From Escherichia coli (lineage in GTDB: Bacteria; Pseudomonadota; Gammaproteobacteria; Enterobacterales; Enterobacteriaceae), in assembly GCF_050920415.1 (NCBI RefSeq), contig NZ_CP169309.1: 64,000 bases of DNA, one strand, 5' to 3'. Each line of letters begins with the position of its first letter. Within the stretch, counting starts at the first letter, position 1. The position numbers were made by a program, and so were the translations under genes. Below, piece by piece: positions 1 to 11,231 of this stretch. The notes under the pieces were generated by a model that was given only the letters and a program-made list of their open reading frames with translations, was not told where the DNA came from and searched no databases.

Positions 1-797
1 GAGGCCAATGGCAGCGGGAAGTGCAGGGCTTTGGCTGTATCGGCAACCAGACCAAGATCCTTAACAAAAATATCGACGGCTGAATGCGGGGTGTAATCGC
101 CATCCACCACATGACGCATCCGGTTTTCGAACATCCAGGAATTTCCGGCAGCATTGGTCACGACGTCATACATCACATCCAGCGGGATCCCCGCACGGGC
201 TGCAAGTGCCATCGCTTCGGCTCCGGCAGCAATATGTACGCCCGCTAACAACTGGTGAATAATTTTTACGGTCGAACCTAGTCCCGGTTCTGCACCTATG
301 CGATAAACTTTTCCGGCAACGGCTTCCAGCACGGGTGCCAGTCGTTCAAAGGCAATATCGCTACCGGAGGCCATGACAGTCATTTCACCGTTAGCGGCTT
401 TTACTGCACCACCAGAAACTGGCGCATCCAGCATTTCCAGATCGAATCCAGCCAGAGCGGTAGCAATTTCTTGCGCATCAGCACTAGCGATAGTGGAAGA
501 AACCATTACTGCCGTACCGGGTTTCAGATGTTGTGCAACGCCTGTTTCACCAAACAGCACCTGTTTAACCTGGGCTGCATTGACCACCAGCACCAGCAGA
601 GCGTCCAGTTTTTCGGCAAACGTCGCGGCGTTATCAGAAACCCCGCAAGCACCTGCCTCTTTCAACGTAGCGCAGGCATTGCTGTTCAGGTCTGCGCCCC
701 AGGTAGAAAGACCTGCGCGGACACATGACAGTGCTGCTCCCATTCCCATTGACCCTAAGCCAACGATACCGACATGAAACTCAGATCCCGTTTTCAT
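1..797 (-). CDS. ygbJ: NAD-binding 3-hydroxyisobutyrate-dehydrogenase-family oxidoreductase (ygbJ-like), N-terminal part only; gene runs off the window start
   Basis: Minus-strand ATG at 797; N-terminus MKTGSEFHVGIVGLGSMGMGAA is a Rossmann GxGxxG dinucleotide-binding motif; position next to ygbI matches K-12 order. Confidence 0.8.
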   Translation of the reverse strand, partial: MKTGSEFHVGIVGLGSMGMGAALSCVRAGLSTWGADLNSNACATLKEAGACGVSDNAATFAEKLDALLVLVVNAAQVKQVLFGETGVAQHLKPGTAVMVSSTIASADAQEIATALAGFDLEMLDAPVSGGAVKAANGEMTVMASGSDIAFERLAPVLEAVAGKVYRIGAEPGLGSTVKIIHQLLAGVHIAAGAEAMALAARAGIPLDVMYDVVTNAAGNSWMFENRMRHVVDGDYTPHSAVDIFVKDLGLVADTAKALHFPLPLA

Positions 798-992
798 CTG
801 CTCTCCTTGTTAATTTAAGTGATATTTTGTTTGATATTGTGAATATAAGCGCTGGAAGATAACGATATGGTGAGCTGATTCACAAAAATTAACATTATGT
901 GTTATTTTATGTGAACTAAGCGTTAGTTGCGCCGCGCACGTTTCGCAGGCAAATAGCGTAGAATGTCAGCAGGACAAAGGAAGGAGCAAAAG

Positions 993-1760
993 TTGATACC
1001 CGTAGAGCGTCGCCAAATCATCCTTGAGATGGTAGCTGAAAAAGGCATTGTCAGTATTGCTGAACTAACGGACAGAATGAATGTGTCACATATGACCATT
1101 CGTCGGGATTTACAAAAACTGGAGCAGCAGGGAGCCGTTGTGCTGGTGTCCGGAGGCGTCCAGTCTCCGGGACGCGTGGCGCATGAACCTTCTCATCAGG
1201 TAAAAACTGCGCTGGCAATGACGCAAAAAGCGGCTATTGGCAAGCTGGCGGCAAGTCTTGTTCAGCCGGGAAGTTGTATCTATCTGGATGCGGGAACGAC
1301 CACGCTAGCGATAGCACAGCATCTGATTCACATGGAGTCACTGACTGTGGTCACAAACGATTTCGTTATTGCGGACTACTTGCTCGACAACAGTAATTGC
1401 ACAATTATTCACACTGGCGGTGCAGTGTGTCGGGAAAACCGTTCCTGTGTCGGGGAAGCCGCTGCGACCATGCTGCGCAGCCTGATGATTGATCAGGCTT
1501 TTATTTCTGCATCGTCATGGAGTGTGCGGGGGATTTCTACGCCAGCGGAAGATAAAGTCACGGTGAAACGGGCGATTGCCAGTGCCAGCCGCCAGCGAGT
1601 TTTGGTCTGTGATGCGACGAAATATGGTCAGGTGGCGACATGGCTGGCGTTACCATTAAGCGAGTTTGATCAGATTATTACAGACGACGGTTTGCCGGAG
1701 AGTGCCAGTCGCGCGCTGGCGAAGCAGGATCTCTCTTTGCTGGTAGCGAAAAATGAATAA
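993..1760 (+). CDS. ygbI: DeoR-family transcriptional regulator
   Basis: ORF 963..1760; HTH-containing N-terminus (IVSIAELTDRMNVSHMTIRRDLQKLEQQG). Probable TTG start at 993 preceded by AAGGAG gives 255 aa; ATG at 963 is the alternative. Confidence 0.85.
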   Translation: MIPVERRQIILEMVAEKGIVSIAELTDRMNVSHMTIRRDLQKLEQQGAVVLVSGGVQSPGRVAHEPSHQVKTALAMTQKAAIGKLAASLVQPGSCIYLDAGTTTLAIAQHLIHMESLTVVTNDFVIADYLLDNSNCTIIHTGGAVCRENRSCVGEAAATMLRSLMIDQAFISASSWSVRGISTPAEDKVTVKRAIASASRQRVLVCDATKYGQVATWLALPLSEFDQIITDDGLPESASRALAKQDLSLLVAKNE

Positions 1761-1783
1761 TGGCCTGCAATAACACCGGGTTA

Positions 1784-1820
1784 CTCATGCTTCACAGAAG
1801 AAGCATGAGACTACTTTATT
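1784..1820. terminator. Perfect 10-bp-stem hairpin (CTCATGCTTC-acagaa-GAAGCATGAG) followed by T-rich run, between convergent ygbI and pphB
   Basis: Inverted repeat read directly from sequence; T-rich tract downstream on + strand. Confidence 0.6.
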
Positions 1821-2467
1821 TTATAAAATGACAGCCGCCCGCTTTTCGGCGATCCGGTATCAATATAAATCTGGTTTGCGAACGTCTGGATGTTATCAAA
1901 CATCATATGACCGAAGATAAAGCAGTCGGCGCCGTTTATTTCCTGTAACTCGCCTTTGAGCGATTTCAGTACGCGATCAACAGGCCAGAGCAATTCTCTC
2001 TCCGCTATTTCTTTGCCAAAGAGATATTCATTCCCCGGATAATCTGCATGCGCGATGACATATTTTATTATGTCGTTAGTGATTTCAACAATATGCGGAA
2101 GATTATGAAAACGTAGCAACAGGTCTATTGCTTCTTTTTGTTCCGTATCACTTAACTCAAAGAACCAGTCGCCACCGCTGGCAAGCCACATATTGCCATC
2201 GCCGGTCGCGAACGCATCCAATGCCATCGCTTCATGGTTGCCTTTAACCGATGTAAACCAGGGCTGGTTTAGCAGGCGCAGCACGTTAAGACTCTCCGGC
2301 CCACGATCAATATTATCGCCGACAGAAATAAGTAAGTCGATTTCAGGGCAAAAAGAGAGTTGATGTAAGCGGGATTGTAATAATTGATAGTCACCATGAA
2401 TATCACCAACGGCCCATATATGGCGATAGTGATGGGCATTAATTTTTTGATAGCGTGTAGATGGCAT
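1811..2467 (-). CDS. pphB: Serine/threonine protein phosphatase 2 (calcineurin-like metallophosphatase)
   Basis: 218-aa ORF with GDIHGD and GNHE metallophosphatase motifs. Confidence 0.9.
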   Translation of the reverse strand: MPSTRYQKINAHHYRHIWAVGDIHGDYQLLQSRLHQLSFCPEIDLLISVGDNIDRGPESLNVLRLLNQPWFTSVKGNHEAMALDAFATGDGNMWLASGGDWFFELSDTEQKEAIDLLLRFHNLPHIVEITNDIIKYVIAHADYPGNEYLFGKEIAERELLWPVDRVLKSLKGELQEINGADCFIFGHMMFDNIQTFANQIYIDTGSPKSGRLSFYKIK

Positions 2468-2572
2468 GGTTTTACCCTGTAAAATAAGATTTCCTATTAT
2501 ACAGGGTATTTTTATTTGATTTGTCAGTTGTCGTTAATATTCCCGATAGCAAAAAACTATCGGGAATTGTTA

Positions 2573-5134
2573 TTACACCAGACTCTTCAAGCGATAAATC
2601 CATTCCAGCGCCTGACGCGGGGTAAGTGAATCCGGGTCAAGATTTTCCAGCGCTTCGACCGCTGGCGACGTTTCTTCCGGTACTGACAGCAAAGACATTT
2701 GCGTACCATCCACTTGCGTAGCGGCGGCGTTCGGCGAAATGCTTTCCAGTTCACGCAGTTTTTGCCGTGCGCGCTTAATCACCTCTTTTGGCACGCCCGC
2801 CAGAGCAGCAACCGCCAGGCCGTAGCTTTTGCTCGCCGCGCCATCCTGCACACTGTGCATAAAGGCGATGGTGTCGCCGTGCTCCAGTGCATCGAGATGC
2901 ACGTTGGCGACGCCTTCCATTTTCTCCGGCAGTTGAGTCAGTTCAAAGTAGTGGGTAGCAAACAACGTCAACGCTTTAATCTTATTCGCCAGATTTTCAG
3001 CGCACGCCCATGCCAGCGACAGACCATCGTAAGTGGACGTTCCGCGCCCAATCTCATCCATCAACACCAGGCTGTACTCCGTGGCGTTATGCAGAATATT
3101 GGCGGTTTCGGTCATCTCCACCATAAAGGTTGAACGCCCGGATGCCAGATCGTCAGCCGCGCCCACACGGGTAAAGATACGATCGATAGGTCCAATCTCG
3201 ACTTTTTGCGCCGGTACGTAGCTGCCGATATAGGCCATCAGCGCAATCAGTGCGGTCTGGCGCATATAGGTACTTTTACCGCCCATATTCGGACCGGTGA
3301 TGATCAACATGCGACGCTGCGGCGACAGGTTCAGCGGGTTAGCGATAAACGGCTCATTCAGTACCTGTTCAACCACCGGATGGCGACCTTCGGTAATGCG
3401 AATGCCCGGTTTATCAATGAAGGTCGGGCAGGTGTAGTTCAGGGTATAGGCTCGTTCCGCCAGGTTTACCAGTACGTCGAGTTCTGCCAGTGCGCTCGCG
3501 CTCTGTTGCAACGCTTCCAGATGCGGCAACAGCAGGTCGAACAACTCTTCATAAAGCTGTTTTTCCAGTGCCAGCGCTTTACCTTTCGAGGTGAGTACTT
3601 TGTCTTCATACTCTTTTAGCTCTGGAATAATGTAGCGTTCGGCGTTTTTCAGCGTCTGACGACGCATATAGTTGATGGGTGCCAGATGGCTTTGTCCACG
3701 GCTAATCTGAATGTAATAACCATGCACCGCGTTAAAGCCGACTTTCAGCGTGTCCAGGCCGGTACGTTCACGCTCGCGAACTTCCAGACGCTCCAAATAA
3801 TCTGTCGCGCCGTCAGCCAGCGCGCGCCACTCATCCAGCTCTTCGTTATAGCCTGATGCGATAACACCACCGTCGCGTACCAGCACCGGCGGTGTGTCGA
3901 TGATTGCTCGCTCCAGCAGATCGCGCAGCTCTGCAAACTCGCCCATTTTCTCACGCAGCGCCTGTACCGGTGCACTATCGACACTTTCTAACTGCGCGCG
4001 TAGTTCTGGCAGTTGCTGGAAAGCGTGACGCATACGGGCCAGATCGCGTGGGCGAGCAGTCCGTAAAGCCAGACGTGCCAGAATACGTTCCAGGTCGCCG
4101 ACCTGACGCAGTACCGGCTGCAGCTCAGCGGTGAAATCCTGCAATGCGCCAATAGTTTGCTGGCGCTCAAGCAACACGCGGGTATCGCGCACTGGCATAT
4201 GCAGCCAGCGCTTCAGCATACGACTCCCCATCGGCGTTACAGTGCAGTCGAGCACGGAAGCCAGCGTGTTTTCCGCACCGCCCGCCAGGTTCTGGGTAAT
4301 TTCCAGGTTACGGCGCGTCGCGGCATCCATAATGATACTGTCCTGCTCACGTTCCATAGTGATAGAACGAATGTGCGGCAGAGTCGTACGTTGAGTATCT
4401 TTCGCATACTGCAACAGACAACCGGCGGCACAAAGTCCGCGCGGCGCGTTCTCGACGCCAAAACCGACCAGATCGCGAGTGCCAAATTGTAGATTCAACT
4501 GCTGGCGCGCGGTGTCGATTTCAAACTCCCACAGCGGACGACGACGCAGGCCGCGACGACCTTCAATCAGCGACATTTCAGCAAAATCTTCTGCATACAG
4601 CAGTTCCGCCGGATTAGTGCGTTGCAGTTCTGCCGCCATCGTTTCGCGGTCAGCCGGTTCGCTCAGGCGAAAACGACCGGAACTGATATCCAGCGTCGCG
4701 TAGCCGAAACCTTTACTGTCCTGCCAGATAGCCGCCAGCAGGTTGTCCTGACGCTCCTGCAACAGCGCTTCATCGCTGATGGTGCCCGGCGTAACGATAC
4801 GCACAACTTTGCGCTCAACCGGACCTTTGCTGGTCGCCGGATCGCCAATTTGTTCGCAGATGGCAACGGACTCGCCCTGATTCACCAGTTTGGCGAGGTA
4901 GTTTTCCACCGCATGGTATGGAATCCCCGCCATCGGGATCGGCTCTCCCGCGGAAGCGCCGCGTTTGGTCAGTGAAATATCCAGCAGTTGTGACGCACGT
5001 TTTGCGTCGTCATAAAACAGTTCGTAAAAGTCACCCATCCGGTAGAATAGCAGGATCTCGGGATGCTGGGCTTTCAGCTTGAGATACTGCTGCATCATGG
5101 GCGTATGGGCATCGAAATTTTCTATTGCACTCAT
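2573..5134 (-). CDS. mutS: DNA mismatch repair protein MutS
   Basis: 853-aa ORF; Walker [10 protein letters not shown]; full-length MutS architecture. Confidence 0.97.
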   Translation of the reverse strand: MSAIENFDAHTPMMQQYLKLKAQHPEILLFYRMGDFYELFYDDAKRASQLLDISLTKRGASAGEPIPMAGIPYHAVENYLAKLVNQGESVAICEQIGDPATSKGPVERKVVRIVTPGTISDEALLQERQDNLLAAIWQDSKGFGYATLDISSGRFRLSEPADRETMAAELQRTNPAELLYAEDFAEMSLIEGRRGLRRRPLWEFEIDTARQQLNLQFGTRDLVGFGVENAPRGLCAAGCLLQYAKDTQRTTLPHIRSITMEREQDSIIMDAATRRNLEITQNLAGGAENTLASVLDCTVTPMGSRMLKRWLHMPVRDTRVLLERQQTIGALQDFTAELQPVLRQVGDLERILARLALRTARPRDLARMRHAFQQLPELRAQLESVDSAPVQALREKMGEFAELRDLLERAIIDTPPVLVRDGGVIASGYNEELDEWRALADGATDYLERLEVRERERTGLDTLKVGFNAVHGYYIQISRGQSHLAPINYMRRQTLKNAERYIIPELKEYEDKVLTSKGKALALEKQLYEELFDLLLPHLEALQQSASALAELDVLVNLAERAYTLNYTCPTFIDKPGIRITEGRHPVVEQVLNEPFIANPLNLSPQRRMLIITGPNMGGKSTYMRQTALIALMAYIGSYVPAQKVEIGPIDRIFTRVGAADDLASGRSTFMVEMTETANILHNATEYSLVLMDEIGRGTSTYDGLSLAWACAENLANKIKALTLFATHYFELTQLPEKMEGVANVHLDALEHGDTIAFMHSVQDGAASKSYGLAVAALAGVPKEVIKRARQKLRELESISPNAAATQVDGTQMSLLSVPEETSPAVEALENLDPDSLTPRQALEWIYRLKSLV

Positions 5135-5380
5135 GGGGTTATGTCCGGTTCCCTGATATTAAATGGGGTGTGATGGTTTTTATTTTCGTTGTAATCACAT
5201 AAGGCGCACATGATACCGGAGTTAATCATTTCAGGGGAAGAAGCGAACGGCGAGTTCTTGATGGTGATTCCGGGAAAGATGCTGTTTTGCAGCTTTTGCG
5301 TGATGCTTATGAAGCAAGTACGCAAAATTGTATCAGTTGGCGACCCCTTCTTCTTCAGAGCCATAGTCCCCTTTCAAATT

Positions 5381-5403
5381 AAGTTGTAATATAAATACAT
5401 CTT
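5381..5403 (+). promoter_or_regulatory. Candidate NsrR operator (11-1-11 inverted repeat AAGTTGTAATA-T-AAATACATCTT) upstream of ygbA
   Basis: Resembles NsrR consensus AAGATGCATTT-N-AAATGCATCTT; lies about 20 bp upstream of the ygbA start. Confidence 0.55.
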
Positions 5404-5420
5404 AAGAGTATGGAGGCAGC

Positions 5421-5774
5421 ATGTCTGGCAAGCGTATCTCTCGTGAAAAACTGACGATTAAAAAAATGATCGATCTTTATCAAGCGAAATGCCCGCAGGC
5501 GTCAGCGGAGCCGGAGCATTACGAAGCGTTGTTTGCCTACGCGCAAAAACGGCTGGATAAATGTGTGTTCGGCGAAGAGAAACCCGCCTGTAAGCAGTGT
5601 CCGGTGCACTGTTACCAGCCTGCAAAGCGTGAAGAGATGAAACAGATTATGCGTTGGGCCGGGCCGAGAATGCTGTGGCGTCATCCGATCCTAACCGTAC
5701 GCCATCTCATTGATGACAAGCGTCCGGTGCCGGAGTTGCCAGAAAAATATCGCCCGAAAAAACCTCGTGAATAG
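5421..5774 (+). CDS. ygbA: Nitrous-oxide-stimulated-promoter family small protein (cysteine-rich)
   Basis: 117-aa ORF with CPxxxxxxxxxC...CKQCPVHC cysteine pattern; position between mutS and fhlA. Confidence 0.85.
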   Translation: MSGKRISREKLTIKKMIDLYQAKCPQASAEPEHYEALFAYAQKRLDKCVFGEEKPACKQCPVHCYQPAKREEMKQIMRWAGPRMLWRHPILTVRHLIDDKRPVPELPEKYRPKKPRE

Positions 5775-5812
5775 TATACCGGACAGGCAGATCTGTCCGG
5801 CACCTCATGCAG

Positions 5813-7891
5813 TTAAACCAATGCCGATTTATCAATCCCCAGTCGTTTCATCCGTGATAGCAGTGTGGTGCGTTTTAGTCCCAGACGTTGCGCCGCGCCT
5901 TTCGGCCCGGCAACCACGCCGTTAGTCTCTTTTAATACACGCACAATTAGCTGATATTCATCTTCGCCCTCCTGAGCGACGACCGTTGCAGTCGGCGGCG
6001 TTTTAGGTTCCGGTAAAGCAATATCAGGCAATGACAGCTGCAGCACGTTGCCACGTGTCAGCAATACCGCGCGCTCAATGACGTTTTCCAGCTCGCGTAC
6101 ATTACCTGGCCACTCCATATTGCTCAACGCGCGCAATGTTTCGGCAGGAATGCTGTCGATATTACGCCCCAGACGGCGGGCAATTTTAAAAGTAAAGGCT
6201 TTCGCCAGCAGCGGAATATCTTCCGGACGCTCGCGTAGTGGCGGCAGGTGGATCGGGAATACGTTCAGACGGTAATAGAGATCGCTACGGAACTCGCGGT
6301 CGGCAACCATTTTTTTCAGATCGCGGTTAGTCGCGGCAATTAAACGCACGTCCGTCTGTATAATTTTATTACTGCCGAGACGTTCAAACTCCTGTTCCTG
6401 TAATACACGCAGCAACTTCGGTTGTAACTCCAGCGGCATATCACCCACTTCATCGAGGAACAGGGAGCTTTTATCCGCCAGTTCAAAACGACCGATACGC
6501 TGGGCGCTGGCTCCGGTAAACGCACCACGCTCATGGCCAAACAGATCGCTTTCCAACAATCCGGCAGGCATCGCCGCGCAGTTCATTTTTACCATGCGGC
6601 GATTATTACGCCCACTGAGATTATGGATCGCGCGGGCAATCAGCTCTTTACCAGTGCCAGTTTCACCGAGGATCAGAACTGTACTGTCACTTTGTGCCAC
6701 CATTTCAACTTGTTTAAGCACGCTGTACATGGCTTCACTGCGACCAATAATCTCGCCAAATTCACTATCAACATTGTTGAGCTGCTCGGTCAGGGCGAGA
6801 TTTTCATCAACCAGTCGTTCTTTCAGACGATGAATTTCCTGATAGGCAAGGGCGTTATCGACAGCGATTGCCACACGTTCGGCAATCTGGCGCAGTAAAT
6901 TCAGATTGGTCGTGGTAAACACTTTCTCTTCGCATTGCGCCAGTTTCAGCACGCCCAGCATGGTGTCGCCAGACATCAGCGGTAACAGGCACAAGGTTTG
7001 AATCTGGTTGCCCCAGGTGTCGAACAACATGCGTTCGTAGGGGGCTAAATTATCTCGCTCGTGGAGATTAATCAGCAGCATCTCTTTGCTTTTAAACACG
7101 CGTTCGGTGAGGGTTCCTGCTTCATCGACTTCGCTCTGTTCGTGAGCGGGATGCTGTTTATCAAGATAGTGAGTGGAGTAGATGTTGAGTTTGTTTTTAC
7201 GGTGGCTGCGTAAGACGATGCTGATATCGTCAATGTCGAAATAGTAATGGATTTCTTTGGCGACTTCGCTGACCAGTTCGTCCATATCCAGGCGAGAAAG
7301 CACCGCGTTGGTGATGGCAACCAGGATGCGGAAGTTATCGCGTTCCCGGCATAACAACTCATAGTCGACATTATTGACGACGCGGCTCTGGATTTGTTCG
7401 GTGACGACAGAAATGATCTGCGTAAAAGTTTGCAGGCGATTGAACTCTTTTTCACTCCACGGGCGATCGTCATAACGAATAAATTCACAGCCACCAAAAA
7501 TATGCCCTTCCGCCGCCAGTGGCATCAGGCAATAGTGACCAAATTTGGGGTATAGCCCACCAGCGGCCAGCTGCGGCCAGGTTTCACAAAATTCTTCGTA
7601 ACTGCAATGCAGTGTATCAGGGCGCGACAAAATGCTGCGCACCGGACCGTGTGCCAGAACAGTTTCGTCTTCATAATTTATGGGGGTGTCTTTTTCACGC
7701 GACGCGTAATAAGACGCACGTTGAGTATGCGCTTGCCACAACACAATAGCTGCATTGTCGGCGAGCGCAGAACGCTTTACCAATTGCGAAAGAGCCTCAC
7801 ACAGCGAGGCCAGATCGGGCTGCTGCAATAGTGTCCGAGTGATGTCGAACAACCCTTGTTGTCCGAGATCACTCATCGGTGTATATGACAT
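5813..7891 (-). CDS. fhlA: Formate hydrogenlyase transcriptional activator, sigma54-dependent enhancer-binding protein
   Basis: ORF 5813..7927 trimmed to the MSYTPMSDLGQQ start (692 aa); AAA+ sigma54 activator motifs GETGTGKE and GAFTGA; C-terminal HTH. Confidence 0.93.
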   Translation of the reverse strand: MSYTPMSDLGQQGLFDITRTLLQQPDLASLCEALSQLVKRSALADNAAIVLWQAHTQRASYYASREKDTPINYEDETVLAHGPVRSILSRPDTLHCSYEEFCETWPQLAAGGLYPKFGHYCLMPLAAEGHIFGGCEFIRYDDRPWSEKEFNRLQTFTQIISVVTEQIQSRVVNNVDYELLCRERDNFRILVAITNAVLSRLDMDELVSEVAKEIHYYFDIDDISIVLRSHRKNKLNIYSTHYLDKQHPAHEQSEVDEAGTLTERVFKSKEMLLINLHERDNLAPYERMLFDTWGNQIQTLCLLPLMSGDTMLGVLKLAQCEEKVFTTTNLNLLRQIAERVAIAVDNALAYQEIHRLKERLVDENLALTEQLNNVDSEFGEIIGRSEAMYSVLKQVEMVAQSDSTVLILGETGTGKELIARAIHNLSGRNNRRMVKMNCAAMPAGLLESDLFGHERGAFTGASAQRIGRFELADKSSLFLDEVGDMPLELQPKLLRVLQEQEFERLGSNKIIQTDVRLIAATNRDLKKMVADREFRSDLYYRLNVFPIHLPPLRERPEDIPLLAKAFTFKIARRLGRNIDSIPAETLRALSNMEWPGNVRELENVIERAVLLTRGNVLQLSLPDIALPEPKTPPTATVVAQEGEDEYQLIVRVLKETNGVVAGPKGAAQRLGLKRTTLLSRMKRLGIDKSALV

Positions 7892-7964
7892 TTTGTTCTT
7901 CCAGGAAAGCACCGCAAAGCGGTGCAAAAGGTCATTGACTAAATATAGGAGATTTAGAATTTTA

Positions 7965-8975
7965 TTAGCATATACGCGGAAGCGGTTCGGCGTGTGGTAA
8001 ATCGAGGGTTCGTTTCACGCCATACAGACCGGCAAGACGAACACCTTTACGTTCCACCACTTCACCAATCAGCGCCGCGTCTTTCCCCAGTGGATGGGAA
8101 TGTAACGCCGCCAGCACTTGCTCTGCTGCGTTGCGTTCAACGGCGATCACCAGTTTGCCTTCGTTGGCAAAGTTAAGGGCGTCCAGCCCCAGCAGTTCGC
8201 AAACGCCGCGCACGGCAGGTTTAACCGGCAGTGCCGCTTCTGAAATTTCAATACCACAACCGCAGGCTGCCGCGAACTCATGAACTACCGCGTTCACTCC
8301 ACCACGGGTGGCGTCACGCAGTGCCTTCACACCGGGAATATCACGCAGCGTCTGGATGAGCGGCGTCAGCACTGCGCAGTCGCTGACCAGTTCGCCATCC
8401 AGCCCCAGTTGCTCGCGCAGATTAAGAATAGTTGCTCCGTGGTCGCCGAGAGTTCCACTCACCAGCAGAACATCGCCTGCGGTTAGCGTCTGTGCGCCCC
8501 AGTGAATATTCGCCGGGATCGCGCCCATGCCAGCGGTGTTGATAAACAGTTTATCTGCCGCGCCGCGTTGCACCACTTTAGTGTCGCCAGTAACGATGGC
8601 AATGCCTGCCGCGCGGGCGGTTTCTGCCATGCTGGTCACCACGGCTTTTAGCGTCTCCATCGGCAATCCCTCTTCGAGGATAAAGCCACAAGAGAGATAG
8701 CGCGGAATAGCGCCACTGACCGCAACGTCATTCGCGGTGCCACAAATCGCCAGCTTGCCAATATTGCCACCAGGAAAGAACAGCGGGTCGATGACGTAGC
8801 TGTCGGTGGAGAACGCCAGCCGGTCGCCTTCTGCCACCAGCTGCGCCAGCTCAAGGCGCGCCTGGTCTTCCTGTTCTGCCAGCCACGGATTGGCAAAAGC
8901 TTCCATAAACAGGCTGTTGATTAATTGCTGCATCGCCTGGCCGCCGCTGCCGTGGGCGAGTTGGATATTATTCAC
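7965..8975 (-). CDS. hypE: [NiFe]-hydrogenase maturation protein HypE (carbamoyl dehydratase)
   Basis: 336-aa ORF; AIR-synthase-like fold; C-terminal PRIC. Confidence 0.95.
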   Translation of the reverse strand: MNNIQLAHGSGGQAMQQLINSLFMEAFANPWLAEQEDQARLELAQLVAEGDRLAFSTDSYVIDPLFFPGGNIGKLAICGTANDVAVSGAIPRYLSCGFILEEGLPMETLKAVVTSMAETARAAGIAIVTGDTKVVQRGAADKLFINTAGMGAIPANIHWGAQTLTAGDVLLVSGTLGDHGATILNLREQLGLDGELVSDCAVLTPLIQTLRDIPGVKALRDATRGGVNAVVHEFAAACGCGIEISEAALPVKPAVRGVCELLGLDALNFANEGKLVIAVERNAAEQVLAALHSHPLGKDAALIGEVVERKGVRLAGLYGVKRTLDLPHAEPLPRIC

Positions 8976-10093
8976 GCTTCACTCTCCTGCTGACGATACT
9001 GATACCACGCGGCGCATGCTCCTTCGGAGGAAACCATCAGCGCGCCAAACGCGGTTTGAGGATTACAGGTGTTACCAAACAGCGGGCATTGATGCGGCTT
9101 ACATTTGCCCGTCAATACTTCGCCACAACGTGCGCGCGGGTCATCGCAAACCTGCTGCGGTGCCGGGCGGAAATGCGCTTCGGCGTCAAATCGTTGATAG
9201 TCTGGCGTCAGGTGTACACCAGAAGATTCAATCACGCCTAAGCCGCGCCATTCGCTGTCGCCGTTGACGCAGAAGACATCCGCAATCGCCTGTTGCGCCA
9301 GCAGGTTACCGGCATCCGGCACCACGCGCCGATACTGATTTTCTACCTTGCTGTGGGCCGCTATTTTCTGCTCCACCAGCATGACCACGCCTTGTAGTAG
9401 ATCAAGCGGTTCGAATCCAGCAATCACCAGAGGACGATGAAAATCACTGGCGATAAAATTATAGGCGTCGGTGCCGATAACCATACTGACGTGACCCGGC
9501 GCGAGGAACGCATCGATACCGTTATCCGGCTGTTCCAGCAAACTGCGTAGCGTTGGGATCAGCGTAATATGCTGGCAGAAAAAGTAAAAATTTTGCACAT
9601 CGCGGGCTTTCGCCTGTTGCAGAGTGATGGCCGTCGTCGGCATGGTGGTTTCAAACCCTAAGCCGAAGAACACCACTTTACGAGTTGGATTCTCCTGCGC
9701 CAGTTTCAACGCATCCATTGGCGAGTAAACGATGCGAACATCGGCACCGCGCGCTTTTGCCTGTAACAGCGACCCCTGTTTCCCCGGCACGCGCATGGCG
9801 TCTCCAAAGGTACAGAAGATGACTTCCGGATGGCTGGCAATCTCCACGCAGGTGTCGATTCTTCCCATCGGCAGTACACATACCGGGCAACCCGGACCGT
9901 GGATAAACTCAACGTTTTCCGGCAGTAACTGGTCGAGGCCGAATTTAAAAATGGCGTGGGTATGACCGCCGCACACTTCCATAATCCGCAGAGGGCGTTC
10001 AGCGGTGTAAGAGAGATGTGAAGCACGTTCGCGCAGATGCTCAATTAACTGCATCACCTGTTCCGGCGCGCGATATTCATCAACAAAACGCAT
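8972..10093 (-). CDS. hypD: [NiFe]-hydrogenase maturation Fe-S protein HypD
   Basis: 373-aa ORF; conserved CGxH and GPGCPVC motifs; 4-bp overlap with hypE. Confidence 0.95.
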   Translation of the reverse strand: MRFVDEYRAPEQVMQLIEHLRERASHLSYTAERPLRIMEVCGGHTHAIFKFGLDQLLPENVEFIHGPGCPVCVLPMGRIDTCVEIASHPEVIFCTFGDAMRVPGKQGSLLQAKARGADVRIVYSPMDALKLAQENPTRKVVFFGLGFETTMPTTAITLQQAKARDVQNFYFFCQHITLIPTLRSLLEQPDNGIDAFLAPGHVSMVIGTDAYNFIASDFHRPLVIAGFEPLDLLQGVVMLVEQKIAAHSKVENQYRRVVPDAGNLLAQQAIADVFCVNGDSEWRGLGVIESSGVHLTPDYQRFDAEAHFRPAPQQVCDDPRARCGEVLTGKCKPHQCPLFGNTCNPQTAFGALMVSSEGACAAWYQYRQQESEA

Positions 10094-10365
10094 TATTTTT
10101 CCTCGCCATACAACAGCGCACCGACATCCGGCTCAACGTCAAACATGTTTTGTAAGGCGTCGAGAGTGTCGCGCGCTTCGGCTTCATTAATTACGCTCAT
10201 GGCAAAGCCAACGTGAACCAGTACCCACTGGCCCACGCGTGGCTGACCGTTTTCATCGCAGCTGCCGACTAACGTTAGATCGACGTCGCGCTGAATACCG
10301 CAGACGTCGACTTTCGCCTGGTTGCCGTCAATGGTGCGGATCTGGCCGGGAACGCCTATGCACAT
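10093..10365 (-). CDS. hypC: [NiFe]-hydrogenase maturation chaperone HypC
   Basis: 90 aa from the MCIGVPGQ start (Cys2); the supplied ORF has a 9-aa upstream extension. Confidence 0.9.
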   Translation of the reverse strand: MCIGVPGQIRTIDGNQAKVDVCGIQRDVDLTLVGSCDENGQPRVGQWVLVHVGFAMSVINEAEARDTLDALQNMFDVEPDVGALLYGEEK

Positions 10366-11228
10366 CGCTGTGTCTCCAGCCAGTTCAGCCACTGGTCCAT
10401 CCCTTCGCCGCTGGTGGCGGAAATAAGGATGATTTCAATTTCTGGATTGACTTCGCGGGCGCAGGCGATGCACTTCTCAACGTCGAAATTGAGATACGGC
10501 AGCAGGTCAACTTTGTTGAGCAGCATCAGTGAGGCGGCGGCAAACATATGTGGATATTTCAGCGGTTTGTCTTCACCTTCGGTAACGGAAAGCACCGCCA
10601 CTTTGTGTTTTTCACCGAGATCGAAGCTCGCCGGACATACGAGGTTGCCAACGTTTTCGATAAACAGAATACCGTTATCGTCCAGTGGCAGGCGCGGCGC
10701 GGCGTCGGCAATCATCTGTGCGTCAAGATGGCAACCTTTACCGGTATTCACCTGAATCGCTGGCGTGCCGGTAGCGCGAATGCGCGCGGCATCGTTCACG
10801 GTTTGCTGGTCACCTTCAATAACTGCGCACGGAACGCTGTCTTTCAGGCGTATCAAGGTTTCCGTCAGCAGGGTGGTTTTACCGGAACCAGGGCTGGAAA
10901 CCAGGTTGAGTACCAACTGATTGCGGGCAGCAAAGCGCGCTCGGTTGCGTTCAGCCAGACGGTTGTTTTTGTCCAGCACGTCAATTTCGACTTCCAGCAT
11001 CCGACGCTGGCTCATGCCCGGCGCGTGAGTACCCGCTTCGCCATGACCGTAATGCAGGTCGCCTTCTTCAGTCTGGCTGGGGGTAAATTCAGGCGCTTTA
11101 ATGCCGGTGATTTTCATCTTCGGGCGTGCCGCCGGGGCAAATGGCGCGCTACGAAACGCGGAATGAGGGTTATGTTCATCACCCTCGATATACAGGTTGC
11201 CTTCACCGCAACCGCATGTTGTACACAT
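10356..11228 (-). CDS. hypB: [NiFe]-hydrogenase nickel-incorporation GTPase HypB
   Basis: 290-aa ORF; N-terminal [10 protein letters not shown] metal-binding motif; P-loop GSGKTT. Confidence 0.95.
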   Translation of the reverse strand: MCTTCGCGEGNLYIEGDEHNPHSAFRSAPFAPAARPKMKITGIKAPEFTPSQTEEGDLHYGHGEAGTHAPGMSQRRMLEVEIDVLDKNNRLAERNRARFAARNQLVLNLVSSPGSGKTTLLTETLIRLKDSVPCAVIEGDQQTVNDAARIRATGTPAIQVNTGKGCHLDAQMIADAAPRLPLDDNGILFIENVGNLVCPASFDLGEKHKVAVLSVTEGEDKPLKYPHMFAAASLMLLNKVDLLPYLNFDVEKCIACAREVNPEIEIILISATSGEGMDQWLNWLETQRCA

Positions 11229-11231
11229 CGC

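Noticed and set aside
963-992. Longer 265-aa form of ygbI starting at ATG 963
   Set aside because: TTG at 993 has an ideally spaced AAGGAG Shine-Dalgarno and gives the expected 255-aa length; the upstream ATG remains a possible alternative.
5131-5364. 77-aa minus-strand ORF upstream of mutS
   Set aside because: Sits in the mutS/ygbA divergent promoter region with no Shine-Dalgarno and a low-complexity translation.
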